NCBI GenBank assembly: GCA_963666565.1
Contig: OY762911.1
Location: 2,592,001 to 2,656,000 of the forward strand
Source: Thermoanaerobaculia bacterium
GTDB lineage: Bacteria; Acidobacteriota; Thermoanaerobaculia; Multivoradales; Multivoraceae
Reading direction: 5' to 3'
DNA length: 64,000 bases
Position numbers and translations under genes: made by a program. Shown piece by piece: positions 46,919 through 57,452 of this stretch; within the stretch, counting starts at the first letter, position 1; each line of letters starts with the position of its first letter. Below the pieces are notes generated by a model that was not told the DNA's origin, ran no database searches, and saw only the letters and a program-made list of their open reading frames with translations.

Positions 46919-48247
46919 ATGTCACGCCGTTCCCGCCTCGCCGCCCTCGCCGTCCTGCTTCTCGTTGTCGCGGCCCCGGTCGTCGCCGCCGGCCCCAACT
47001 CGCCCGACAGTCCCGACGCGATCACGTTCCACGAGGACGTCGAGCCGATCCTGCAGCGCTCCTGCCAGGGCTGCCATCGCCCCGAGGGCGTGGCCTACGG
47101 CGGCATGAAGGCGCCGATGGCCCTGACCACCTACGAGGAGACGCGCCCGTGGGCGCGCAGCATCGCGCGCCAGGTGGAGTCGAAGGAGATGCCGCCCTGG
47201 TTCGCCAGCGAGGACACCCACGGCCAGTTCACGAACGAGCGCCTCCTGACCGTGGAGGAGATCGAGACGATCGTCGGCTGGGCCAGCACCGGCGCCCGCC
47301 GCGGCGAGCCGGCGAACGCGCCGGCGCCGACCGAGTGGCCGACGGGCTGGCTGATCGGCGAGCCCGACCTGGTGCTCGACCTGGCCGAGCCGTTCTGGGT
47401 CGACGACGACGTCAAGGACCTGAACATCAGCCTGAAGGCCGTGCTGATCACCGAGGAGATGCTGCCCGAGCCGCGCTGGATCCAGGCGATCGAGTTCCGT
47501 CCCGGCAGCGACGTGGTGCATCACATCGTCGGCTCGCGGGTGGCCACCGAGACCGAGACGCCGGGCGCCTCCGGCCTGCTCGGCGGGATCGCTCCGGGCA
47601 CCGAGCCGTTCTACCTGCCCGAGGGCGCCGGCCGTCTGCTGACGCCGGGCACGCAGCTCTACTTCTCCATGCACTACAACAAGGAGCCGGGCGAGGGCAG
47701 CGGCGTCTGGGACAACTCCCAGATGGCCTTCAAGTTCCACCCCAAGGACGCGAAGATCGACCGGATCGCGAAGTGGGAAGGGGTCGGCAACAGCGACTTC
47801 GAGATCCCGCCGGGCCACGAGAACTGGATCATCGGCGCCTCCAAGGTCTTCGAGCACCCGACGACGATCTACGGCTACCTGCCGCACTCCCACCTCCGCG
47901 GTCTGGACGCGAAGTACACCGCGTACTACCCGGACGGCACGGAGGAGGTCCTGTTGGACGTTCCGGCATACGACTGGAACTGGCAGACGAACTACATCTA
48001 CAAGGAGCCGAAGGACCTGCCGCCCGGGACCCGCATCGACGTGCTGATGACCTACGTCAACACCGAGGAGCGGAACGAGCAGACGGTGCTCGAGCTCGAC
48101 ACGACCCGCGCCGTCCAGTTCGGCGGCCCGACCACCGACGAGATGATGATCGGCTTCATCGACTACTCGGAGGATTCGGGCGACACGCTCGTCACCGAGG
48201 CCGAGGGCGCGGCGGCGGCCGCGACGCCGGCGGGCGGCGGCCAGTAG
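46919..48247 (+). CDS. Secreted c-type heme + copper type II monooxygenase-like protein
   Basis: Signal peptide, CQGCH, MPPW, VHH, PHSH, EMM, YDWNWQ. Confidence 0.75.
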   Translation: MSRRSRLAALAVLLLVVAAPVVAAGPNSPDSPDAITFHEDVEPILQRSCQGCHRPEGVAYGGMKAPMALTTYEETRPWARSIARQVESKEMPPWFASEDTHGQFTNERLLTVEEIETIVGWASTGARRGEPANAPAPTEWPTGWLIGEPDLVLDLAEPFWVDDDVKDLNISLKAVLITEEMLPEPRWIQAIEFRPGSDVVHHIVGSRVATETETPGASGLLGGIAPGTEPFYLPEGAGRLLTPGTQLYFSMHYNKEPGEGSGVWDNSQMAFKFHPKDAKIDRIAKWEGVGNSDFEIPPGHENWIIGASKVFEHPTTIYGYLPHSHLRGLDAKYTAYYPDGTEEVLLDVPAYDWNWQTNYIYKEPKDLPPGTRIDVLMTYVNTEERNEQTVLELDTTRAVQFGGPTTDEMMIGFIDYSEDSGDTLVTEAEGAAAAATPAGGGQ

Positions 48248-48307
48248 CGGCGGCGTCGCGGCAGAGCCTTGTCATGCGGCGCGTCCGCCTCGTTGGGCGC
48301 GTCGCCG

Positions 48308-48337
48308 TTGGGTGCGCGGGTCTTCTCACCCGCTGCC
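48308..48337. repeat. REP-like palindrome, inverted copy of 39503-39532
   Basis: Reverse complement GGCAGCGGGTGAGAAGACCCGCGCACCCAA vs GGCAGCGGGTCGGAAGACCCGCGCACCCAG (27/30 identical). Confidence 0.7.
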
Positions 48338-48408
48338 GCCGAAGGCGGCCAGGAAACGCCGGCCTTGGCCGGCGGCCCCACCCCTCCGGAGAGCTTGGCT
48401 GACCCGAG

Positions 48409-49395
48409 ATGGCCGCTGAACGACCCGGCCGGCGCCTCTACGCCGCTGTCGACCTGGGCGGCTCGCACATCGGGCTCGCGCTGGGTGCGGTATACGCGGA
48501 GGCCGGCGAGTACCGGCTGGTCGCGCACAGAAGCCTCGAAGGCGGCGGCTACGACGGGTGGCAGCGTGTGCTCGACCGGATCGCCGAAGGGCTTGTCGAG
48601 TTGGAGCGCGAGGTGGGCGAACGTCCGGCCGCGGTCGGCGTAGGCTGTCCGGGCTGGGTGGACCTGGAGACGGGCGAGACGCGCTTCCTGCCGAACCTGC
48701 CGGGCCAGTGGCGGGACGTGCCGGTGGCGCGGATTCTCCGGGAGCGGCTCGGGGCGCCCGTCCACCTGCTGAACGACGTCCGCGCCGCGACGCTGGGGGA
48801 GTTCGCCTTCGGCGCCGGCCGCGGCGTTTCGACGATGGCGCTCTTCGCGCTCGGGACCGGCATCGGCGGCGGCGTGGTGGTCGACGGCAGGTTGCGCCTG
48901 GGGCCGCTCGGCTCGGCCGGCGAACTCGGCCACCAGATCGTCGATCCGACCGGCCCCCTCTGCGGCTGCGGCAACCGGGGCTGCCTGGAGGCGGTAGCGA
49001 GTGGCCCGGCGATCGGGGCGTCCGGCGTTCGGCTCTTGCGCTCGGGTCAGGCGCCCATCCTGCAGAAGATCGCCGGAGGAGACACCGAGAAGGTCGACGC
49101 GGAGACGATGGGCGAGGCGGCAAGGGCCGGCGACGAGGCGGTGGCGAAGGAACTGGAGCGGATCGCGGGCCTCGTCGGCATCGCCGCCGCCAACGTCGTC
49201 GTCGCCCTGCACCCCGAGCTCATCGTGCTCGGCGGCGGCGTCGCCGGCCTGGGCGACCTGCTGTTCGACGGCGTCAAACAGACGATCGCCGACCGCGTCC
49301 GCGTCTTTCCGACCGACGGCGTCCGCGTCGAACCCGCCGCGCTCGGCACGGACGCCGGCCTCGCCGGCGTCCTGGCGTGGACCGCCTCGAAGTAG
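48409..49395 (+). CDS. ROK-family sugar kinase
   Basis: VDLGGS, NDVRAATLGE, GTGIGGG, GELGH, CGCGNRGCLE; no N-terminal HTH. Confidence 0.92.
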   Translation: MAAERPGRRLYAAVDLGGSHIGLALGAVYAEAGEYRLVAHRSLEGGGYDGWQRVLDRIAEGLVELEREVGERPAAVGVGCPGWVDLETGETRFLPNLPGQWRDVPVARILRERLGAPVHLLNDVRAATLGEFAFGAGRGVSTMALFALGTGIGGGVVVDGRLRLGPLGSAGELGHQIVDPTGPLCGCGNRGCLEAVASGPAIGASGVRLLRSGQAPILQKIAGGDTEKVDAETMGEAARAGDEAVAKELERIAGLVGIAAANVVVALHPELIVLGGGVAGLGDLLFDGVKQTIADRVRVFPTDGVRVEPAALGTDAGLAGVLAWTASK

Positions 49396-52017
49396 TCAGG
49401 CAGCGGGCCGGCGTTCGGCCACGGCGGGAATCACCGTCGAGGCGCCGTGCCGGCGACGCCGGCGGAGCAGAAGCTCGCCGAGGAAGAGCAGCGTCGCCGC
49501 GACCAGCAGCACGGACCACAGCTCGAAGCGGCGGACGGCGGTCGCGGCGCCGGGTGCCGTGACGGCGGCGACCGCGCCGGCGACGGTCTCGTGGAGCGCG
49601 CCGGAGGTTCCGGCGGCAAGTTCCGCGAGCGCCGCGACGTCGGGGGCGCCGGGGCGGAGTTCGTCGCGGGCGGGGAAGAAGACGGTGCGGCCCGGGCCGA
49701 CCGTCGCCGCGGCGCCGGCCAGGCCGGTGTGGACCTCGAGCCGGTAGGGATCGAGGCTCGGCGCGAGCTGCAGGTCCTCCTCTGGGGCCAGGCGGTACAG
49801 GCCGGGACCCGTGCGCGTCATCGGCGCTTCGACGCGCCGGTCGCCGCGCAGGAGGACGAGCCGGGGCGAGAGGTCGCTGCCGAAGCGGCCGCCGTCGTCG
49901 ACCACGCTCAGCGCCGCTTCCAGCGCGCCGTCCCGCCGCTGGAGGTCGAAGTCCCACTCGGCGCCGGCGCGCCGGTCGGCGGCGTCGCGCACTACCTGGG
50001 CGACGAGCCGGCCGACTTCCGGCCAGCGCAGCCAGTCGCTCGCCCAGCGGGGCTCCAGGTCGGACGTGAACATCCAGGTCTTGCCGAGGCCGACGTAGCG
50101 GCTGGCGAGGATCGGGTCTCCGCCCTCGCCGCTTCCGGGGCCTGCGCCGAGGATGACCTCCGCGCTGTCCTTGGCCACCGCGGCGATCCGGCCGTAGAGC
50201 TCCGGCGCCGTGGCGACATCGATCCCGGTCAGGGCGTCCGACTGGCCGCGCAGCTCCACCAGGATCGTCTCTTCGCGGGCCGAGTCGGGGAGCTGGTTCA
50301 TCGTCTCGTCGATCAGGATGCTCTGGACCGAGCTCGCATCCTCGATCGTGTAGGCGTTGCCGTCGCCCCAATCGGCGATGTCGGCGAGCAGCTCCCGGTC
50401 GGACTCGACGCCGATGGCGACGGTCGAGACGGTGATCTCCTCCTGCCTCATCCGCAGGACGAGCTGCTCGTACTCGTCCGGGTAGGTCCGGCCGTCGGAG
50501 ACCAGGATGACGTGCTTGACCTCGGACTCGACCTCCGCGAGCTGCTCCAGGCAGGCCTCCAGCGCAGGGTAGAAGTTCGTCTGGGCGCTGGCCTCGATGC
50601 GGTCGACCCGCTGCTGCAGCCGCTCCTGGTCGCGTACGAACTGCAGGCCGACGATCTCGTGCGTGTGCCAGTCGAAGGCGACCAGGCCGAAGCGGTGCTG
50701 TTCGTTCAGCATGCCGAGCGCGGCCTTGGCGGCCTCCTTGGCCAGGTCCATCTTCGGCCCCTTCATGCTGTAGGACTTGTCGAGGGCGATCATCAGCGCG
50801 ACTTCGCTGCGTTCCTCCTCGATCTCGAAGTCGAGCGGCAGGACGCGCTCGAGCGGGGAGTTCCGATAGCCCTCCTCGCCGAACGTCTCCTCGCCGGCCA
50901 CGAACAGGAGACCGCCGCCCTCTTCCTCGACCCAGGCGCCGAGCGCCTGCTGGGCGGGTTCCGAGAGACTCGCGGCGGCGACGTTGCTGAGCACGACGGC
51001 GTCGTAGCCGCGGAGCGAGGAGGGGTTGAGCGCGGTCCGGTCCGGTGCGGACCGGGTCACGCGCAGCCCCTGCGCCTGGAGCAGGCGCCGCAGGTCGGCC
51101 GAGTGGTCGCCGGGCGCGAGCAGCAGGACCCGGTGCGCGGGCTCGACTCGCAGGCTGCCGCGCCAGAGCGCGCCCTGCGCGGCGGCCTCGCCTTCGCCGG
51201 CGCCGAGGACCGCCTCCAGCGTCTGCATCCCCGGTTCGTCGAAGGTCCACTCCAGCTCGACGGTGGTGACGCCTGGAGCGAGCGCCACGCTTCGACGCTC
51301 CTCGGCGCCGCCGCCGCGCAGGGTCAGCGGCGCTTCGGGCAGCGCGGAACGGCTGCCGAGACGGAGCACCCAGCCGTGGGGTTCGCCCGCGTGCAATGGC
51401 CGGTCGGGTTCGTCGAGTTCGACCGACTCGATCCAGACGGGCGGCGCGGCGCGGCCGAGGACGGCCGTGTCGATGCGAAGGTCCGGGTGCTCGGCGGCGA
51501 CCCGGGCGGCGGCGCCGCCGAGGTTCTGACCGTCGGAGAGGAGCAGGACGCGCCGTACCCGGTCGGGACGGAGCGTCGCGGCGGCCTGGCGGAGCGCCGC
51601 GACCGGGCGGGTGGCGCCGCGGTCCAGGGCGGCGGCGCCGGCCGAGGCGGTGCTGGAGTCGGCGACCTCGAGCCGCCGCAGGTCGGCCGCGCTCGGGACG
51701 GCGGCGGCGCGGTCCGCGTAAGCGAAGAGGCGCGCGGGACCGTCCGGATCGAGGCCGCGGTCGATCGCCTCGATGGCCCGGTTCAGGCTTGCCGGCTCGA
51801 CGCTGGCCGAGACGTCGACGACGACGGCGACGTCGAGCTCCCGCGTACGCCAGGTCGCGACCGGCTCGGCCAGAGCCAGCACGACGGCAAGCAGCAGCGA
51901 TCCTCGGACCCACAGAAGGCGTCGTCGTTGCCGGTCCGGGCGGTCGCTGCGTTGCGACCACAGGAGCGCGGCGACGGGGAGTGCGGCGAGCAGCCAGAGG
52001 GGCGCCTGGAACGTCAT
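49396..52017 (-). CDS. Membrane protein with two VWA domains and a glutamine-amidotransferase-like domain
   Basis: MTFQAP/BatA-like start, DVSAS...LSDG, DKSYSM...VSDG, LGAWVEEEGGGLLF, C-terminal TM. Confidence 0.8.
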   Translation of the reverse strand: MTFQAPLWLLAALPVAALLWSQRSDRPDRQRRRLLWVRGSLLLAVVLALAEPVATWRTRELDVAVVVDVSASVEPASLNRAIEAIDRGLDPDGPARLFAYADRAAAVPSAADLRRLEVADSSTASAGAAALDRGATRPVAALRQAAATLRPDRVRRVLLLSDGQNLGGAAARVAAEHPDLRIDTAVLGRAAPPVWIESVELDEPDRPLHAGEPHGWVLRLGSRSALPEAPLTLRGGGAEERRSVALAPGVTTVELEWTFDEPGMQTLEAVLGAGEGEAAAQGALWRGSLRVEPAHRVLLLAPGDHSADLRRLLQAQGLRVTRSAPDRTALNPSSLRGYDAVVLSNVAAASLSEPAQQALGAWVEEEGGGLLFVAGEETFGEEGYRNSPLERVLPLDFEIEEERSEVALMIALDKSYSMKGPKMDLAKEAAKAALGMLNEQHRFGLVAFDWHTHEIVGLQFVRDQERLQQRVDRIEASAQTNFYPALEACLEQLAEVESEVKHVILVSDGRTYPDEYEQLVLRMRQEEITVSTVAIGVESDRELLADIADWGDGNAYTIEDASSVQSILIDETMNQLPDSAREETILVELRGQSDALTGIDVATAPELYGRIAAVAKDSAEVILGAGPGSGEGGDPILASRYVGLGKTWMFTSDLEPRWASDWLRWPEVGRLVAQVVRDAADRRAGAEWDFDLQRRDGALEAALSVVDDGGRFGSDLSPRLVLLRGDRRVEAPMTRTGPGLYRLAPEEDLQLAPSLDPYRLEVHTGLAGAAATVGPGRTVFFPARDELRPGAPDVAALAELAAGTSGALHETVAGAVAAVTAPGAATAVRRFELWSVLLVAATLLFLGELLLRRRRRHGASTVIPAVAERRPAA

Positions 52018-52037
52018 CGGGTAGAGACCCGCCCTGT

Positions 52038-52200
52038 CGGGAGCGCGGGGAAGGGTTCCCAGGGGACGCTCGCCCTCTGGGAGAGTAGGGAAGGGGTGGG
52101 CTCGCTGTTGTCGGCTGCGCTTCGGGTCGGTGTCGGTTGACGGGAGGGCGTGGGGAGTCGCTTGCCTCCGACCCCCTGGGAACCCTTCCCCGCGCTCCCG
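52038..52200. mobile_element. MITE-like element with 28-bp perfect inverted repeats
   Basis: CGGGAGCGCGGGGAAGGGTTCCCAGGGG (52038-52065) and exact reverse complement (52173-52200), lying inside an otherwise tightly packed operon. Confidence 0.55.
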
Positions 52201-52272
52201 GCCGGGCTGGTCGGCGTCGTTGGGTTGGGGTCTGGGTCGTGGGATTGGGTCGAGATGTGGAGAGTCATCCTG

Positions 52273-54027
52273 CTACAGCGTCAGGCCGCGGAAGAAGGTG
52301 AGGGCTTCGAAGGCGGCGAGGAGGAGGCCGGCGAGGGCGAGGGTGCGCCAGGACCAGGGGCGGCGGGCGGGGCGGTCGAGGTCGGCCAGGCGGCTGGCCG
52401 GGACGGGTTCGAGGGTGGAGTCGTTGATGCGGGTGGCGCGTTCGTCCTGGAGGCCGGCGTCGGCCGTGAGATCGGGGGCAAGGGCGGGGGGTTCGGCGAG
52501 CCAGGCGGCGGCGTTCTGGAACAGGGCGGCGAGGTCGGGGCGCTGTGACAGGGGGGAGAGGTCGAGGTCGAAGGCGATGACGATGGAGCGTGGCGCGGTG
52601 CCTGGGAGTGGGTCGCAGATCGCGATGGCGGGACGGTCTCCGGCGGCGGCGAGGGCGGTGCATTCCGGGTGGAGTTCGCGTGCGGTGACGACGACCGGCA
52701 GATCGAGGAGCGAGACGCCGGTCAGGAGGGGGTGGCCGGGCTCGACGCGGTCGATGCGGCGCTGCGACAGGGGCGCTTCGGCGGCGGCGGAGAGGCCGCC
52801 TGCCGGGACCGCGGCCGGTGGATCCAGGTACAGGGCGGGCATGGCGGGAGGGATCGCGGGCGCGGTCCGGTGGAAGGCGGCGATGTCGGCCGCGGGCGGC
52901 GGGTCGTCCGGCGGGGACGCGGCGGCGTCGGGCGCCGGCCGGACGGCGACGACGTCCGCCGAGGCGTTCGCTTCGAGCGCGAGCGCGGCGGGGGAGTCGG
53001 CGAACGAGCCCGGGCTGCGGGCCGTCACGACGACGCGTATCGTCTCGGCCCGGGCTGGCAAGCGGCCGACGGGGAAGCGCCTCGCCGGCTCGGCGGCGGT
53101 GCGGGAGTCGAAGTAGCCGATCCGGGTCGCGGCGGCGCCGGTTCGGCGGGCGTCGATCAGTCCGGCGCGGTCGTCGAGCGGGAAGACGTCCCCGGGCGCG
53201 TCGATTCGCGCCGTCACCGTGCCCGGGGAGAAGCTGCCGAGGTCGATCAGGGCGGTGAAGCGGGCGCCGGGTTCGAGTTCCAGTTGACGCCGGATGCGGA
53301 TCGTCTCCGGGTCGGTCACCCTCAGGTCGACCGGGACCGGGCCGCCGGCCGGGTCGGTCGCCAGAATCTCGAGCAGCGCCTCCGGCGCGCCGGCGCGCGT
53401 CGGGGGCGGCCGGGTCGTGAAGCGGACGATGCCGGCGTTGCGGGCCGGCACGAGGACGGACACGGTCTCCGTCTCGGTGCCGGGGTCGACGATCGGCGCG
53501 AACGGCCCGACGCCGTCCGTGAACGCGTGGACCCGCCGGGCGGTGGGAATCGCGGGCGCCGCGCCGGCGTCCGCCGCCAGCGCGTCCAGGGGGCCGGCGA
53601 GGATCGCCTGGACTTCCGTTGCGGTCAGCGGGTCCGGGCTGCCGTTCAGGGTGAAGCGGCTGCCGGCGTCCGCTGCGGCCACGATCCGGCGCGCCTCGGC
53701 CGCGGCCAGGTCCAGCCGACTGCGATCCTCGCCGGGCAGGCCCGCCCGCAGCGTCGGCGACGGGTCGAAGACCAGCGCGACGGGGTCGCCGCCGCCGGGC
53801 TGGAGCCAGGGCGCGCGGCTCGCCGCGACCGAGAGGAAGCCGGCGACGGCCGTGGCCAGGAGCAGCGAGAGCAGCCAGCGCAGGCGGTCGCGCCGCCGCT
53901 TGCGGGCCGCCAGCAGGCGGCGCCAGAGCACGGTGGAGGCGACCGGCAGCGCCTGCGCGGTGGGCCGGATCAGGTAGATCGCCAGCACCAGCAGGGCGGC
54001 GATCCCGAGCGGAATCCAGAATGGCAC
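52273..54027 (-). CDS. BatA-domain/VWA-like membrane protein
   Basis: N-terminal LAIYLI...VASTVLW, DPSPT..., FTDG, C-terminal TM. Confidence 0.7.
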   Translation of the reverse strand: MPFWIPLGIAALLVLAIYLIRPTAQALPVASTVLWRRLLAARKRRRDRLRWLLSLLLATAVAGFLSVAASRAPWLQPGGGDPVALVFDPSPTLRAGLPGEDRSRLDLAAAEARRIVAAADAGSRFTLNGSPDPLTATEVQAILAGPLDALAADAGAAPAIPTARRVHAFTDGVGPFAPIVDPGTETETVSVLVPARNAGIVRFTTRPPPTRAGAPEALLEILATDPAGGPVPVDLRVTDPETIRIRRQLELEPGARFTALIDLGSFSPGTVTARIDAPGDVFPLDDRAGLIDARRTGAAATRIGYFDSRTAAEPARRFPVGRLPARAETIRVVVTARSPGSFADSPAALALEANASADVVAVRPAPDAAASPPDDPPPAADIAAFHRTAPAIPPAMPALYLDPPAAVPAGGLSAAAEAPLSQRRIDRVEPGHPLLTGVSLLDLPVVVTARELHPECTALAAAGDRPAIAICDPLPGTAPRSIVIAFDLDLSPLSQRPDLAALFQNAAAWLAEPPALAPDLTADAGLQDERATRINDSTLEPVPASRLADLDRPARRPWSWRTLALAGLLLAAFEALTFFRGLTL

Positions 54028-54028
54028 G

Positions 54029-54934
54029 TCAGCGTCCCCGGCTCAGCAGGCCGCGGCGCAATGCGCCCAGCGCCAGTTCCTCGAAGGACGCCTCGACCGG
54101 GGCGTGGATGAAGGACCAGCCGCGTGCGGTGCAGCGGGCGCGGATCTCTTCCCGGTGAGCTTCGGCTTCCCGTTCCAGCCGGTGGAGCAGGCTCGGGGCG
54201 CCGTGGATGCGGAGCGAGTCGCCCGTCTCGCTGTCGACCAGGGTCGTGTCGCGGTCGAGCGGCGCTTCGAGGTCGCGGTGGTCGGTCACCTGGAGGACGG
54301 CCACGTCGTGGCGGAGCGGCAGGAGCAGATCGAGGCCGCCCTCCGTCGTGTCGGACAGCAGGTCCGAGATGACGACGACCAGGCCGCGGCGGCGGCCGGC
54401 GGCGAAGACCTCGCGCACCGTCCGGTCGAGGCGGGTCTCGCCGCCGGTCTCGAGGTTGGCCAGGTAGTCCAGGGCGCGCCAGACCTGGCGGGAACCGTGG
54501 AGCGGGCCGAGGACCTGGTGCACGTGGCCCGAGTACGGCGCCAGCGTGACCCGGTCCAGCGTGGCCAGGGCGATGTAGGCCAGGGCGGCCGCGATGCGGC
54601 GGGCGGCGTCGAACTTCCGGCGGCCGCCGGATCCGGGCGTCGGCGCCATGGAGTGGCTGCAGTCGAGCAGGATGTAGACCGCCAGGTCGCCGTGCTCCTC
54701 GAACTGCCGGAGCAGGAGGCGGTCGAACCGCAGGTAGGCGCGCCAGTCGAGGTGGCGCACGTCGTCGCCTTCGACGTACGGGCGGTAGTCCGCGAACTCG
54801 AGGCCGGCGCCGAGGTGGCTGGCGCGGTGCTCCCCCTTGAATCCGCCGGCGGGCACGCGCCGCGTGAGCAGGCGCAGGCGCTCCAGCCGGGCGAGGAAGG
54901 CCGGCTCGAAGGCGAAGACGGAGTGGTCGGCCAC
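54029..54934 (-). CDS. DUF58 domain protein
   Basis: GLEFADYRPYVEGDDVRHLDW, LDCSHSM, VISD. Confidence 0.92.
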   Translation of the reverse strand: MADHSVFAFEPAFLARLERLRLLTRRVPAGGFKGEHRASHLGAGLEFADYRPYVEGDDVRHLDWRAYLRFDRLLLRQFEEHGDLAVYILLDCSHSMAPTPGSGGRRKFDAARRIAAALAYIALATLDRVTLAPYSGHVHQVLGPLHGSRQVWRALDYLANLETGGETRLDRTVREVFAAGRRRGLVVVISDLLSDTTEGGLDLLLPLRHDVAVLQVTDHRDLEAPLDRDTTLVDSETGDSLRIHGAPSLLHRLEREAEAHREEIRARCTARGWSFIHAPVEASFEELALGALRRGLLSRGR

Positions 54935-54948
54935 GGCTGCGAGCGGCG

Positions 54949-55958
<1,010 letters not shown>

Positions 55959-55962
<4 letters not shown>

Positions 55963-57452
55963 TCCCCGTCCTCCTCGGCTGCGGCTTGCAGCGCTTCCAG
56001 GTAGCGGCGCACGGAGTCCCGGTGGCGCCAGGCGATCGGCCGCCGCGCGGCCGGCGCCTCGCCGCCGGACGCGGAGGCTTCGACCGCGACGCCCGCCGCG
56101 GTCCCGCGCAGGCTCACCTCCGCGGCCCGGAACTGGGTGGCGCTGGTCGTCGTCAGGGGCCGCCGTTCGATCTCCTCGATCGACTCGAGCAGGGCGGTCT
56201 CGAGCGCCTGCTCCAGGCTGAGAGCGGGCACGAGGAGGTCGCCGAAGGGGTCGACCATCTCCTCCTGGGGACCGGTGCCGATGCCGGCGGCGGCGCCGTC
56301 GGCATCGCCGTCGCTGCTGCCCGGCTCGTCGCTGAGCGCGGCCGCCGAGCCGCTCTCGGCGCCCGACCCCTCGCCGTCTTCGGTCGGCTGGCCGCCCGAG
56401 CCGTCGCCTTCGCCGGCCTCGGCGCCGGGGTCCGCGCTCTCGGCGCTGCCCTCCGTACCGGGCGCCGCGCCCTTCTCCTCCTCGCCGGTTCCCGCCCGGT
56501 TGTCGAGCTCGCGCATCAGGTCGGCGCCGGTTTCCGGGTTCGTCTCGTCCGTCAGGGCGTTCGCCGCGGCGTCGCCGCCCTCGGCGGTAGCGTCCAGCGT
56601 TTCGGCCTCCGCCCCGTCGCCGAGGCTGCCTTCGGCGGCGTCGGTCGCCTCTCGCCCGCGGGCGCGGTCCTCGGCGTCGGGTTCGCGGACGCGCAGGGTC
56701 ACGAAGGGCAGGTCGCTGAGCCGCACGTCGAGTTCCGGGACGCCGGGAATCCGGTTCGGATCGTCCTCCAGCAGGGCGGCGGCGTCGAAGCCGGGAGGAA
56801 CGTCCCCGGCCGGGTCGCCGCTCATCGCCGCGGCCAGCGCCTCGCCGACGAGGGAGCGGGGCAGAGCCACCGGCAGGAGCAGGACGAGGCAGATGCCGGC
56901 GGAGAGAAGGGCGCGACGCGGCACGAGCCGGGGCACCGTCCGTCTGGGACCCGTGCGGTCGAGCCCCGCCACCGCGCGCCTGAGCACCAGGGCGATCCAG
57001 GGCAGGGGCCACACGGCGCCGCGGCGGGCGTTCCCGCCTTGCCTTCCGCCGCTCGGTTCGCCCATCCGACGCTGCATCTCCAGGGCGGTGGCCGCCGCGT
57101 CGTGAAGGTCGCCGGCGCGGTCGAGGGCGCGGGCGGCGGCGGGAAGGTCGCGGCCCAGCGCCGCCGCCTCCCGCAGAAAGAGCAGGAGGAGCACGGCGCC
57201 GCCCGCCCAGGACGGCCAGAGCGCGGCGACGGGACCCGCGGCGCCGGCGCCCAGCCCCAGTAGCCAGGTGGCGAGCAGCCACAGGCAGGCCGCCGGCGCC
57301 AGCCAGGTGAGCGCCTTCAGCGCTCGGCGCAGACGCAGCCGGCGGTCGGTGGCGGAGATGCCGCGCAGCAGCCGGGCGCGCAGTTCCGCGGCCTCGGCCT
57401 CCGCGGTGTCCGATCGCTCCGGGATCGGTCGACCGGCGCCGGACGGCTTCAA
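55959..57452 (-). CDS. Membrane protein with acidic Gly/Ala-rich linker (MoxR operon partner)
   Basis: TTG start overlapping the upstream stop, about 3 TM segments, C-terminal RDSVRRYLE; stop overlaps the MoxR start. Confidence 0.6.
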
